The position numbers and the translations under genes are program-made. A DNA stretch of 64,000 nt, from the NCBI RefSeq assembly GCF_004010195.1, contig NC_057749.1, positions 13,130,092 to 13,194,091 on the forward strand. The letters are read 5' to 3'. The notes under the pieces were generated by a model. It worked only from the letters and a program-made list of their open reading frames with translations. It did no database searches and was not told the DNA's origin. The DNA comes from Chiloscyllium plagiosum. Lineage: Eukaryota. Each line of letters starts with the position of its first letter. Position 1 is the stretch's first letter. Below, one piece after another: positions 39,320-51,918 of the stretch.

Positions 39320-40696
39320 GTAAGTGTCCATTCAGTGCTGAGTGAAAGAAATATTCTTTGGTGTGTTTTTGTCTTCTGTGAGCTATCTGTGGCTTTCTGC
39401 ATATTCTCTATACACTTCCTTCAACAGATTCCAGTAGCGTGTATAGACAGTTGATATGACATGCCCTGCTGACTATTCTAGCCACTGGAGAGGCACGTAT
39501 TTCTTAACTGACCACTCTTTCCCACTCAATGCTTGTTGTGTTTTTAAACCTCACTGCTTTCTTAATCAGTGTTCCTTTTTCTTTAGGGTCATCTAGGCTC
39601 TGACATCCTTAAACAAGTTTCTTTGATCCCTTTTGTGACTGTCCACTTGTAATATTTTCATGGTTGCTGTACTGCTATTTGGTCAGATTTGTTGCAGCCC
39701 CCAAAATGCACACACTTCTGTCTAGTCACAAGATAATTGTTCCTACAGCTGAATTGCATGTACTCCTGGCAATGCAAATCTTTCCTTACATTATCTGGTT
39801 ACATTGATTTAATATGAATCATATTTAATATGAATGATTCAAATGCAGTCTACTCCTGATAGCTCACTCGATCTCTTTATACCAAGAACCAAATTGAATT
39901 ACTGTGCTCTTTAAATTTGGTTTGAGGAAATAAAATGGTCACACTCCAAACAGTGCAAAAGGAATTTGTTATCTAGTAATTCAATCTAACTAATTTTGAA
40001 TTGAGGAGTAGACTGTGCTGGGTGTATCTTTATGGTTTTGCATTATTCTCCCTTACCCGATCTTAACTTTGCACTGCAAACTGCAGAAACTTCAACAGGA
40101 CCAGATTGATTGATTTTTGTGTTACTTCAGTAACAGTCAGCTCTAATCCAAACTAAGTTCATTTGAACTTGTTCATGGAGTTAATTTTGGTTCATCAAGA
40201 ATCGTGTGGGAATGCGAGAAGCAGCATACCAAAAAGTGAGGTGCCCACCTGGTGAAGCTACAGAACAGGGCTACTTGTGTGCCAAACAGTTTAGCCACAG
40301 GTGATAGCGCTGAGTGCCAAAATCAACTTCAGTTTGCCATGCAGTACTGACACATCCAGTTGTAAATGATGGTCGACAACCAAAGAATTCACTGGAGGAG
40401 ATGGCTTCATGAATATCACCATCTCCATAGTGGGGAATCCAGTGTATGAATGCAAAAGATCAATCTGAAGTATTTGCAACTGTCTTCAGCCAGAAGTTCT
40501 GAGTGAATGATTAATCTCTAATTCCAGTAAAGGTGCGAGACATCACTGCTAGTCTTCAGCCAATTCTATTCACTCCACATGAGATCAAGAAATGGCTGGA
40601 AGCATTCTTTGCTGCTGCAGTTGTGGGATTATTCAATTATCACTTGGCAGTGTTTGCAGATCTAGAAGGTGCAAGGCTGAAAGAGACAACTTCATA

Positions 40697-41028
40697 GGTG
40701 GAATGGTGGCTCAGTGACTAGCACTACTGCCTCACAGCGCCAGGGACCCAGGTTCAATTACTGCCTCAGGTGACTGTGTCTCTGGGTGGAGTTTGCACGT
40801 TCTCCCCATGTCTGCATGGTTTCCTCCGGGTACTCCAGTTTCCTTCCACAGTCCAAAGATGTGCAGGTCAGATGAGTTGGTCATGCTACATTGCCCCTAG
40901 TGTTAGGTGCATTAGTCAGGGGTAAATAAAGGGTAGGGGAATGGGTCTGGGTAGGTTACTCTTTGGAGGGTCTATGTGAACATGTTGGGCTGGATAGCCA
41001 GTTTCCACGCTGTAGGGAATTTAATCTA
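40697..41028 (+). mobile_element. tRNA-derived SINE (HE1/V-SINE type)
   Basis: Same family as 11014. Confidence 0.9.
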
Positions 41029-42365
41029 TGAAGTGGTGACCCAATCACTTGCGGATGCAGTTTAAACACTACCTTGAGGTATTTCTGGTAAATCTAAACT
41101 CAGAAATTAGTCTGTGATTTGTTGCATTGTGATTCATATTCTCAATTACTTCAAATCCCAGAACAGACAGGACTTTAACTTCCTTCCAATAGTTGGCCAA
41201 AAAAAGCTATCTTATAGGCTGTTTAAATGTGACTATCAATTTTAAAGACTTAAGTTTATATAAAGTAAGCAAGACTGCTGCCCCCAAAGGGCGCACAGAT
41301 GGAATTGGACTGAGTTCCACGTTTGAATCTAATGTGAAATTTGTTTACAGTGCAAAGATTCCCATGTTGACTTAGTGTTAAGTTTGAAAATTTCTGTCAT
41401 TCGTCGAGGAAGTGTATTCTGCATTTAATAGAATCTGAATAGTACCACAGTGAAGCCAAAAATGTTCAAGATGGTATTCCCCAGATTTATAACTCTGCTA
41501 AACTGAAATGCTTCTCACCCAGGGTATTTTTTAAATTGCAAGGTGAGAACAGATTTCTTTTGAAGGACCAACAATGGGAAATTAACTAGCAATCCCTGGT
41601 CATTCAAGAAGCAAAGGCTCTTAACTATCTGATAAAAGTAGGGCTAATGCCACTAAGGCAGTCAACACCAAGGTACAAGGGGATGATCTGTGTTCAGGTC
41701 AGGGTGGTCTTGTGCCTTTAAGAGCCCACTGGCTGAGTTAGCACGCACAGTATTCTAGTGATATACAACGCAAGTTCATACTAATCTGTTTTTGATTGAT
41801 TGTGTTCTGTTTTATCTACTATGCCATAAACTAGTTTGCAAATTCACAGAGCAATATTCACTTAATGGTAGTGCAGACTGTTCTGAGATTAACTCCATAC
41901 CTGTGTGTACGACATAAAAATGAGATCCAGAGCATGAGTTCCATTGTGCTGCTGGGACTGTAGAAAATGCATGGCAGAGAGAGAGAACCCAAGGGAAAAG
42001 TGGTGATTAGATTGCTGAAGGGAACAGCTGGTGCCCTGAATGTGGAGAGCTATCTTTGTCAGACTCAAATTCAGAGTGCCCAGTAACCATAAATCAATTG
42101 TCCTCTGTAACCTATGCAGTTAGCAAAATACACTAGCAGCTTGACCTGCTTTTCATAAATTATATACGATTTCAATAGTTTCCCCCAATACTTCCCTCTT
42201 ACTGGCTTATTTTGTTTTTATAAAAGTGGCATGATTTTGCAGTTTGTTGTCTAGCCTTTCAGAATGGTTTGCCTATTGCCAAAAGTGATTCTTGGTTTCT
42301 GTAAAATAATGCTAATTTACCACCAGCTAAAAGTAACCAGCTTAACCATAAATATTTCTTTTCAG

Positions 42366-42483
42366 TGGTTGGATTGCAGCACTTAGTTGGACAAAAACAA
42401 ATCTTGCTGTGGCAGTGGTCATGATGGTAGTAGCAGTATTCTTCACCGTGTGTGCAGTTTTGTCTTTGTTGCTGGTACAAAGG
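42366..42483 (+). CDS. SCAMP2: SCAMP2 coding exon 8 (GWIAALSWTKTNLAVAVVMMVVAVFFTVCAVLSLLLVQR)
   Basis: GWIAAL motif, last transmembrane segment; AG/GTAAGA boundaries. Confidence 0.96.
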
Positions 42484-42733
42484 GTAAGAATGTCTAATTC
42501 ATCCTTGTTGAGTTGCTTGCCTCACTCCTGACCTCTGTTCATCTTTTACTGAAACCTTTGGACAAGCTCTTGGCTGTCTCCAGATTTGAACGTTCCACCG
42601 CTGTGCTGGCTGTCAATCTTTCACCCTCTATATAAATTTCAGTTCATCCAAAACCCCACGATCTCACTCGAGCAGCTCTTGCTGACCTACATTGGCTGCT
42701 GATCCACTTAAGCCTCAACCTTTTAACATTTAA

Positions 42734-42967
42734 GTTTAGATTCGAGTGGTGCTGGAAAAGCACAGCAGGTCAGGCAGCATCCGAGGAGCAGCAAAATCGA
42801 CGTTTCGGACAAAACTCTTCATCAGGAATGAGGGGCATTCCTGATGAAGGGCTTTTGCCCAAAACGTCAATTTTGCTGCTCCTCTGATGTTGCCTGACCT
42901 GCTGTGCTTTTACAGCACTATAATTTAGACTTTGATCTCCAGCATCTGCAGTCCTCACTTTTCGTCT
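42734..42967. mobile_element. Fold-back non-autonomous element (family A) with two opposed hammerhead motifs
   Basis: TSD ttttaaca(t/c)ttaa at 42721-42733 / 42968-42980; hairpin centred on loop agggg at 42831-42835. Confidence 0.88.
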
Positions 42968-43009
42968 TTTTAACACTTAATCCTAGTGTTGTATGATTTT
43001 TGCTCCTTG

Positions 43010-43283
43010 GGCAGCACCCAGGTTTCTATCTTTTAGATGAGTCTGTCGTGTAGAGTTTCCATGTTCTCCCTCTGTCTCTTTGGGTTTCCACTGGGTGCTC
43101 CAGTTTCCTCCACAGTCCAAAAATGCGCAGGTTAGGTGGATTAGTCATGCTAAATTGCCCCACGCTGTCCAGGGATGCAGATGTTAGATACATCAAATGG
43201 GGTTCACTGGGAAAGGGAGAGTCTCCGTGGAAAACTGGTCAGACAGCTAGTTCAGATTCGAGGGACTTAATGGCCTCTTTCTG
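43010..43283 (+). mobile_element. Degraded V-SINE
   Basis: V-domain remnant ggtttcc..tgggtgctccagtttcctccacagtccaaa. Confidence 0.75.
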
Positions 43284-43572
43284 CACTGCAGGTATTCTAT
43301 GATCCTGTCTATCTTACATTGTCCTTTGTCTTTTTGAAGGTTCAAATGATGAGTCTATGTACACAAGTTAAAATGTCGTGGTCAGAATTTAATCAAAAGA
43401 CTACTGAAATGTCAGCCTTTATAATCTCGGGATAGAAGGGAGAGAAGGTGGCAGGGATGTACTGTTTTTTCTCCGTAATACCATAGTCAAACCACATGAC
43501 TATTGTGTGTACTATACTAACCATGATGTGGCGGTGACAGTATTAGACTAGGGTAGACGATGTTTAAAAATC

Positions 43573-43797
43573 CTACAACACCAGGTTATAGTCCAACAGG
43601 TTAGAGTTAAGTGATTAAAGACTTAACAGCAATCTAGGTTTGTTCAATACATCGCAGCAGTTATGACATGTTTATCTTTTACTGTAAACTGTCCTATGAT
43701 CCTGTACCACTAGCTACCTGATGAAAGAGTAGTTCTCTGAAAGCTTGTACTTTTTAAAAAAAAAAAAAACCTGTTTGACTATAACCTGGTGTTGTAG
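43573..43797 (+). mobile_element. Family B element with 30-bp inverted ends and hammerhead motif
   Basis: Inverted ends 43573-43602 / 43768-43797; tac-CTGATGA-aagagtagttctct-GAAA-gc-TT-gta at 43715-43749. Confidence 0.8.
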
Positions 43798-44567
43798 TTA
43801 GTATAAAGGCGAAAATCACAACAGTGTATACAAGAAACATTGGTCTTGGACACCGTGTAATGCAAATTTACCTAAATGTTAACAAGGTGCCAATGATCAA
43901 ATTGAGGCTTGTGTTACAGGGAATACAGATGGTTAAGATCTGATCTGATTAAGATTTTTAGAATTCTGAAAGGAATTTATAGGCCAAATAAAAGGTTATC
44001 CCACTGGTAGAGGAGTCCATGACAAGAAAATGTCCTGTTAAAATAGCCAAGCTATTCAGGACAAATATTGGACAAGATTTCTACAGTGTGGGAAAAGTGT
44101 GAAACTCCCTCCTGCAAGAAGCAGTGAATGTTTGCTAAATCAGTTTTAATTCTGAAATTGGTAGTTCTTTAGTTAAGGGGTGTGGAAATTAGGATGGCAC
44201 ACTCTCGTCACTGAATTGAAGAACAGAAATGAAGAGCTAATGGGATCACTTGTACCCATGTTCCCCTGTTATTGTCTGGTCCTAAGTTTTGCCTTCACTG
44301 ACTAGTAATTTTCCACCTCTTTCCTACCCACCTATCCTCTCTGCCATTTTTTTCCCTCCGTAAAACCCATTTTTTGACCAACCTCTTTCTCACTGGCTGG
44401 CAAACATTTTTTGTTAACTATGTCTGTTTTTACCATGTGTATCTAAGCAACCACCTTATGTTTTCTCACATGAGAAGCTGCAATATAAATTCAAGAAGTG
44501 TAGAGATAAGATCGGACAAATTGAAATAAAGTCTTTTTCTTAAGGTTTTTTCTCTTTTTTTTTGTAG

Positions 44568-44714
44568 GTACACTCAATATTCCGCAGCACAGGAGCCAGT
44601 TTTCAGAGAGCACAAGAAGAATTTTCCCATGGGGTCTTCTCCAATACCACAGTGCGCAGTGCTGCAGCTAGTGCTGCATCAGCTGCTGCACAAAGCACCT
44701 TCCAAGGAAACTAA
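44568..44714 (+). CDS. SCAMP2: SCAMP2 last coding exon ([26 protein letters not shown]...STFQGN*)
   Basis: TAG acceptor; GASFQ.AQEEF motif; ends FQGN-TAA like SCAMP2. Confidence 0.96.
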   Translation, partial: VHSIFRSTGASFQRAQEEFSHGVFSNTTVRSAAASAASAAAQSTFQGN

Positions 44715-47059
44715 TTACTGGAGATTACTGTTTTCAAAAGTTATCCTCTTTGTACGTTCTTTATAAAGATGCACTTTCATTGGACAAAATGTGTATTTTG
44801 TGTCTACCTATTAAGGGGGAAGGATATATTAGGCTTTAATCAAAGGGTTTCAAACAAACTGTTGGTATCACTGCATTTTCTACTGTAGAAAACCAGCTGC
44901 TCAACAGTTTGTATTTTGTTTATGAAGAATTATTGGTCAGTGTGTTGGTTCATTGGGGAGGTACGTTTACAGAAGAGAGTAAAACATCAAGCTAACTTTT
45001 TGAAGTTTCATATTTTAATAAGTTTCTTCAGTAATAAGCACAATGGATTTTACTAGCACCTGAAGTATTGTTCAACACTATGACATTGTGTATGCCAGCG
45101 CTGGTCATCTGTTCTGTGGCACTGCATCTGTCTAGTTGATTTTTTTTGTATGATGGGCTGGTTCTTGCTGCTTTTTAAGTGGAATCACATTTGGAAGAAG
45201 GTGCATCATAGAAGTCTGGCAGCATCATGACAATACTGCAAATTCATGGGTGAAAGTTTTGAGCTTACAGCTTGAGCTCAACTAGTCAATTTTCTTAATC
45301 ATAAATTCTTAAATGTTTAGATTGGGTATTTAAATGTAGAATCTTATGGAAACTTTCAGCATATCATCAGCATTTATGAAGGGATACGTAGTGCTTTAGG
45401 CAGAATAGACGACATTCATGGTTGCAGTTTTTTGCTCCATCCTTCCATCCCATTCATTATATACCTTTTATCAAATGTTGTTCACTTCAAATTTTGTTTC
45501 TGACCAAGTGTCCACAGACCTGATGTATCTTCCTATTAAGTGAAATATTCAATTCCATGATTAACATCTATTTCATGGGTGCTGGTTGATCTGTTTCCAG
45601 TATTCTCCTGCTCTTTGATTTTTTTCTTACATTTGCATTGTGTTTTTTAAAAAAAAATGGCTATATAAAGCTATTTCAGGCGGTAGTAGTATTCCTTTAC
45701 CAAAACAGTTACTTTCATGTATGCTTTGGAGCATTTAATGCTCTTTTGTAAGAACTATCTCAACCCACCTCCATCTTTTTCAATTATATCCAAAGTATTT
45801 GGGGGAGGTAAGAGAGGAGCCAGTGTTGACTGTAGGTTTCCTGAAGAGTGAGTTGATCAGATTTAATCACTCTTAATCATGTGGATTGTTAACACCGTGG
45901 CAAATATTGTGGATGCTTGAAATCTGGAATAAGGGCAGAAATGTGTTAAAACTATTTGAAGTTGAGCAACACCAGTGGAGTGAGACACAGATAATATTTC
46001 AGGCTGAGGATGCTGTTAACTAATTTTTCTTAATTCATTTGTAGGAAACAAATTAAATGGTTTAACCTTTTTAGTCATTGGGATCTCTTAAATTTTTTGT
46101 AATCTTTTTGTCTCTTGAAACTGAGACTGCTACTACTGGATTGTTTGTTTTTTTTCTTGTTTCGGACTACTGTTGTGAAGCAGGCTTTCTGTTGTTTTTT
46201 TTTTTAAAAACCTGTTTATAACACAGCTTCCACACTGGGATTCCGATGGTAAAATTATTTTTGGGTTATACTTGCCAAAAATGGACTGTACAGAAACCTT
46301 ACTTCAGTAATTTTGCCCTTTTTCGTGTCACTCTGTCAATTTTAAAACAAAGCCATATGTCATTCTTGCATAGGTGAGATTTCCTATGGAATTGTTAAAA
46401 TATCGCCTTTATTGAACTGCCTCTGTCCTCTTTCTTGCCCTTCTCCAAGATGACTGGATAAACCATGCCCATAGGAAATCAAGAGTAAGTGATTGTTGGT
46501 TGAGGCTAGGATTTATTTTCCCATTTGATGTCTGCAGCAACAGTGCTGGAGAGCATCTTCCATGTCGTCTTAACAAGTACACTCTCAATTAGTTTTTCCT
46601 CAGGCCTCACTCATTGGTAATTGGCCTGTTAGGTCCCCGAGCTTAGAGTGGAACCATTTTTGTGCTATTGGCATAATTGCCACTGAAGTGTTAAAACACG
46701 AGACTGTAACTGCAAAATTGAATTATTGAAAATCTTTCCTTTTCCCTTCAGTTTAGTTTGGCATGTAACAAGTGCTGGACTACCAACAAATTATGGGAGC
46801 TTGAGCTTAGCGCAAAACTAGACAGAATGACCAGAATTTCAGTCTTAGCTTCAGAGCTTTTGGTTTACAGGACTTAATTTTGAGTTTTATTTTTGAATCA
46901 TCAAAATGAGCTGATGTAATTTTTTTTGATTTCACAAATGTAAATGGGATGGTCATTCGCTTGAACAAGCTTTCCAATGGAATGAATGATGTTAGCTTTT
47001 CATTGTTTTAAAAAAGAATAATTCCATGCAAATGCCCTTTTAAAACATATTTGTGCTCA

Positions 47060-47065
47060 AATAAA
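47060..47065 (+). terminator. Candidate SCAMP2 polyadenylation signal (AATAAA), implying a ~2.4-kb 3' UTR
   Basis: AATAAA followed by T-rich sequence at the end of a largely repeat-poor, AT-rich stretch after the stop codon. Confidence 0.5.
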
Positions 47066-48609
47066 GGTATTTAACTCGATTCCAGTAGTTCTTTTGACTC
47101 TTCAGACCAAACGTTTCCTAGAATGGAACTTTCTTTTTGATAAGAGCTGATGCACCTTCCTATTGAGTGAAATGTTCAATTCCATGAATGGACTGATCTG
47201 AAAAGTATGAATTTGACTGTCTTGAAGCCTGATCCTGAGAGAAGAACCTCTGAATGTTTGATCTGAGCTCCTTGATTTGAATGACTGTAAACTCCATTCA
47301 GTGATTTCATGCATGCAATCTTTTAGAACTGAATCACTTGACATCCTGCTTCTCTTCACTGAAGCCTGGAATTTGCTATAGATGTGGATATAGCAAGTTG
47401 AACAATTGTTGAAAATCTTGATCAGGTTCTTGGCATCTCCAATACCTACTGTGAAGCTGACTACTGTCAGTAGTACTGTATAGGTCTGTGCATTCATCTT
47501 ACAATTAGAAGTTGTGATATTTTGATATTCTTGTTTGAAGTATTTAATTTGTTTTCAGAAGTTGGTTCCCTTTTGGGTACTGTTGACCTTTTCTCATCTC
47601 TCAATCCTATTCCAGGTACAATTCTGCAACAAAGAATTCATTTGTAATAAGTACTACTTTTGATAAGGGAGTGAAATGTTCCTAGGTGCTGCATGGGAGC
47701 AGAAGCAAAATGTGACCAGCAGTGAAATGTTGGCTTGCATGCAGCTCTATGCAAAGATAGACTAATAAGCTTCTCAAAGGAGAAAACTAAGGTAGACAAA
47801 GTTTGGGGGGAGAATTTCAGGGCTTAGTGGATATAATTCGAAGGCACAGCTACTGATTGAGCAATGAAAATCCAGGAGATGTGCACCAAGCCACAATTGA
47901 AATGCAGAAATCTGAGGGTTTTACAATTGGAGGAAAAGGGTAAGACCGTGTGATTTGAAAGATCAGAATGAGAATTTTGTGATGGTGAAATAGTGAAATC
48001 CTTTTGATATTTGTAGTGAGAATCAAATAGTTATTGTATAGTGTTAATGCCTTGTTTTTCTATTTAGTTAATATTTATGTTTTAAAAGTACATTGAACAT
48101 ATTCACAAGAGGATGCTAGTGACTGATTTACTGTGATTGCCAGATTTACTGTTTATCAAGCCAGGTCCCGCTCTTGGATCTGACTTCTCAAGATGAGGTC
48201 ATTGGTCCAATTGGAGAACAGTATCCTTCAACATTTAGGTGTAAGGGAGAGGTCTAGTTCTGAAATGATATGGATGTAGAAACATTAAAAACACTACTCA
48301 AATATCTGAATCACTAGAACTGTTCTGATACGAGTGACTCATCTCAAATTCAGCCAGGCCAGTCCATTTTTATGCTTCAATGTAGTTATTTCTCAACCTG
48401 AAAATCTTAAGATCTCATCAAGAGGTTTGTTCAACTTGTCTGCTCATGCCCGAGTTTCACTTTCTATCAGGGAGCAAAGTATATAAGCCAATCCATTCCC
48501 ACCTCCCTGAAGTTAGGCATAAGAAGGACATAATGATAAAACCTCACGTTAAACTATTGTTTATTCTGATCCTTGATGTCATGAATCAAACTAAATTTAT
48601 AAATCTGAA

Positions 48610-48632
48610 ATAATAATAATAATAATAATAAT
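48610..48632. repeat. (TAA)n microsatellite
   Basis: ~7 tandem copies. Confidence 0.9.
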
Positions 48633-49386
48633 GTGACAGCTACTCAGTTCAGGTAGCATCTATGGAAAGAAGCAGCAGATGTTTAGAGCATGAAGAACTG
48701 CACTTCATTTTATAGTCTTTGGGAGCCAACATTTGAATTCAAAACTCCAGACTGTACTCAGTCTGCTGCCTTGATTATACCTATCTGCCATAGTATCTTC
48801 AGAAAGCCAATATATTTTTGACAGTCCACTGATCATCATTTAACACCTATCTTCCATCAGCACAATTCCTTTTGCTACCATTAGTGTTCCCTTTGTCTTC
48901 TGCTCAGGGTGTACTTGTTTCATTTTCACTCAGTCCTTCTCTTTTGTCAACAACATTGCTACCATAATTTTCCAGCTTTTTCAGTTGTGAAGAGTTATGA
49001 ATGTTGAAAAGTTAACTTTGCTTTTTCTCTTAGATGCTGCCAAAACTGTTGAGTTTCTCTAGCAGAGTCTTTTTATTTCTGCAGTAAACAGAAATGATCA
49101 ATAATGATATTGGGGAATATTATTTACCCAAGAATTGTTTGGAAATGTTAGAGTTAGGGGAATTACTGAACCACATTCAGGAGAGCTTACTGATCAGCCC
49201 TAGATGGGAGGCATTGCTGGATCTGATGATGGGAAAGTACCTGGACTAAATGGACCAAGTGTCTGTAGGGAAGCTCCTGGGTCATTAGCAATGGAGGAAA
49301 AACCAGCAGAAATTCTAAATTGGGAGAGGCCATTTTCAATATCTAATCTAATCTAATCCCTGGTATTGATATTTAAAAGAAAAAAG

Positions 49387-49698
49387 GGTGGCACGGTGGC
49401 AGTGGTTAGCACTGCTGCCTCTCAGCGCCAGAGACCTGGGTTCAATTCCCGCCTCAGGCGACTGACTGTGTGGAGTTTGCACATTCTCCCCATGTCTGCG
49501 TGGGTTTCCTCCTGGTGCTCCGGTTTCCTCCCACCGTCCAAAGATGTGCAGGTTAGGTGAATTGGCTGTGCTAAATTGCCCGTAGTGTTAGGTGCAGGGT
49601 TATATGTAGGGGAATGGGTTTGGGTGGGTGCGCTTCGTCGTTCGGTGTGGACTTGTTGGGCCGAAGGGCCTGTTTCCACACTAAGTAATCTAATCTAA
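49387..49698 (+). mobile_element. tRNA-derived SINE (HE1/V-SINE type), young
   Basis: CpG-rich copy nested in a degraded CR1. Confidence 0.9.
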
Positions 49699-51287
49699 TA
49701 TAAGGATCTGACAGGATAAAGTGGAACCAGAAGAGTAACAGATAAATCTATAATGGAACGATGGGGGATCTTGGAGATACATCAGAAACAGTCTAGGAAT
49801 TCAAGCAAGAGTAGTGAAATGGGATTTTAAAAGCTCCTAGGCTAATGAGGGGGTCACAAAAAGGAGGGTGCATGTTGCTTATCAAATAGATTCTTTAAGT
49901 GAGAACCAGGTCATATGCAATAGGTTGAGGGGTGGGTGAAGAGGGAATTAAGACTGTCAAGGGGAGAGTATGAGAATAGAATGGTAGTCAACATAAATGT
50001 GAATAAAATTATTCTAACCAGTAAGTGAAAAGTAAGCAAACAGCTTTTTTTAAAAAATGGAGTAGGTACAAAGTGATATCAATATTTTACAATTGACTGC
50101 TGAGATGTTATTACCCACCTTTGGATCAGATTGCCTGTATAACTTGGCCCTCTGGCTCAGCAGTAGGCACACTACCATATGCCTAGAAGGACCAGCAGCA
50201 AGGCTAAAATGTATTGAGCTATTTTTATATTAAGAACGAGGATTCTGACAAAAAAATTGGTAGTAGTGACACTGGATGCAATGGAAATAGAATTGAATGG
50301 GTGGAAATCCTGAAAAGACTGACTGTGGTTTGTAAGATAGATTAAGTGTTGATATCAGAAGGGCTTTTCTTTATCTTTTAATCTTTCTTTAGACTTGGGG
50401 AGAATGGGGAAATTGGATATTCTAGTTCAGGAAAGTGCATAGGGACTATCCCCGCAACTTCAGCCGACATAGTTCATGGCTGTTGACTAACTCAGTTTGC
50501 TGGTTTGTGATGCTAATAGTGGGTTCAGTTCCCACGTTGAGATTACCATGAAAGACTAACCTTTTCAATATGAATGGTGTGGTGATCCTTCAATTAGATG
50601 ACTGACAACAGCTTAATGAGAGCTGCCCTGTGGTTCTAGCATGACTGGCTACTTTACGAGCTAGTTAATTCAGTTGGCTTGACAGCTGGTTTGCAATCTG
50701 GAGTGATGCCCACAGAATGGGTTCAATTCTTGCACCAGCTGACTTTGCCATGAAGGACACTCTTGCTCAACCTTTCCCCTCACCTGAGCCATGGTGACCC
50801 TCTAACACCTGTCATATCTGCCTAATAAGAGTGTGGCCTTATGGTCTCCTAAGACTATGGTAACGTCACACTGTCAATGATTAAACTGAATAATCTGGGG
50901 TTTTGGAATTTGTTGAGATATTTGTTTTGGGGTAAAGGGGAGAGAGAGAAAATTTCTGGCAACATTTCTGGAGGGGAAAAGAGAGTTAGTTGATGTTTCA
51001 AATTCCATCTGACTTTTGTATAAATTAATCTCATTGTAGCGTGCAGAATATGAACTTGTTCCAACATTGTTTCTCTTTCTTCCAAATTCAATAGTCTGTA
51101 ATATGACGTAAGTCGGTGGATTTGGCAGATAGAATTCAATATAGAATTGAAGGGGGAGGTGATGGCCATGGCCTAGTGATACTATTGCTGACCAACATGA
51201 CAGTCTGGGGCCTCTGCTTTGAGTCCTGTCACAGTGGGATGATGGAATTTGAATTCAATAAATACCTGGAATTGGGAGACTAATAAT

Positions 51288-51918
51288 TGTAATGGACCAG
51301 ACCAGCCGCCCCCTTCCCCCAAACCAAGCATTTCAAAAAAGTAGGTGAGACCCTAAATTTGCTAGTTGTTTTAAGCAGGCATGCAGCTGATATTCCAGGA
51401 CTGATACAGCTGGTCAAACTACTTATTTTTAAACAAAACAATTTATTTCCAAGATTACCAAATGAAAAACATACAAAAGAAAACAGAATACTAAATAACC
51501 TACCCAACAGGTCTTCCCCACTTAATGACTTTGTTCCAGATACTTGTCACAATCTGCCTAAACACCCCTTGGCACAAAATGTAAAATCAACCACTGGGTC
51601 TTGCAGGAGAAGGGTCAGAGAGTGGTTCAGCATGGACCTGCTTCTTTGGGGTACAGGAGCTTCACAACTGCCTGACTGCTTTCAGTGAACAACCAGATCA
51701 AATCAAATCAAACCAAACCAAACCAGAGAAAAGCTGAGCTGGGAGAACTGGCCACTCCCGTTTCATTGTATAAGTGTTTTTTTTCCCTAAAACATGAAAG
51801 CCTTTTTCCTGAGGTAGTATAATTTAGCTATAATAAAATTGGCCCGAAACCCCTGCAAGCCCAGACTTTTCAGAACCTGTGTTTTTATGATGACCTGAAA
51901 AGGAGCAATAGCATAACA
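51288..51918. mobile_element. Probable solo LTR, related to 38402-38935 in opposite orientation
   Basis: TG...CA termini, imperfect TSD taat/tgat, interrupts a LINE 3' end; internal (accaa)n. Confidence 0.6.

Noticed and set aside
1419..44714. SCAMP2 as a pseudogene
   Set aside because: Eight exons have intact frames and splice sites; the exon 4 lesion looks like an assembly problem
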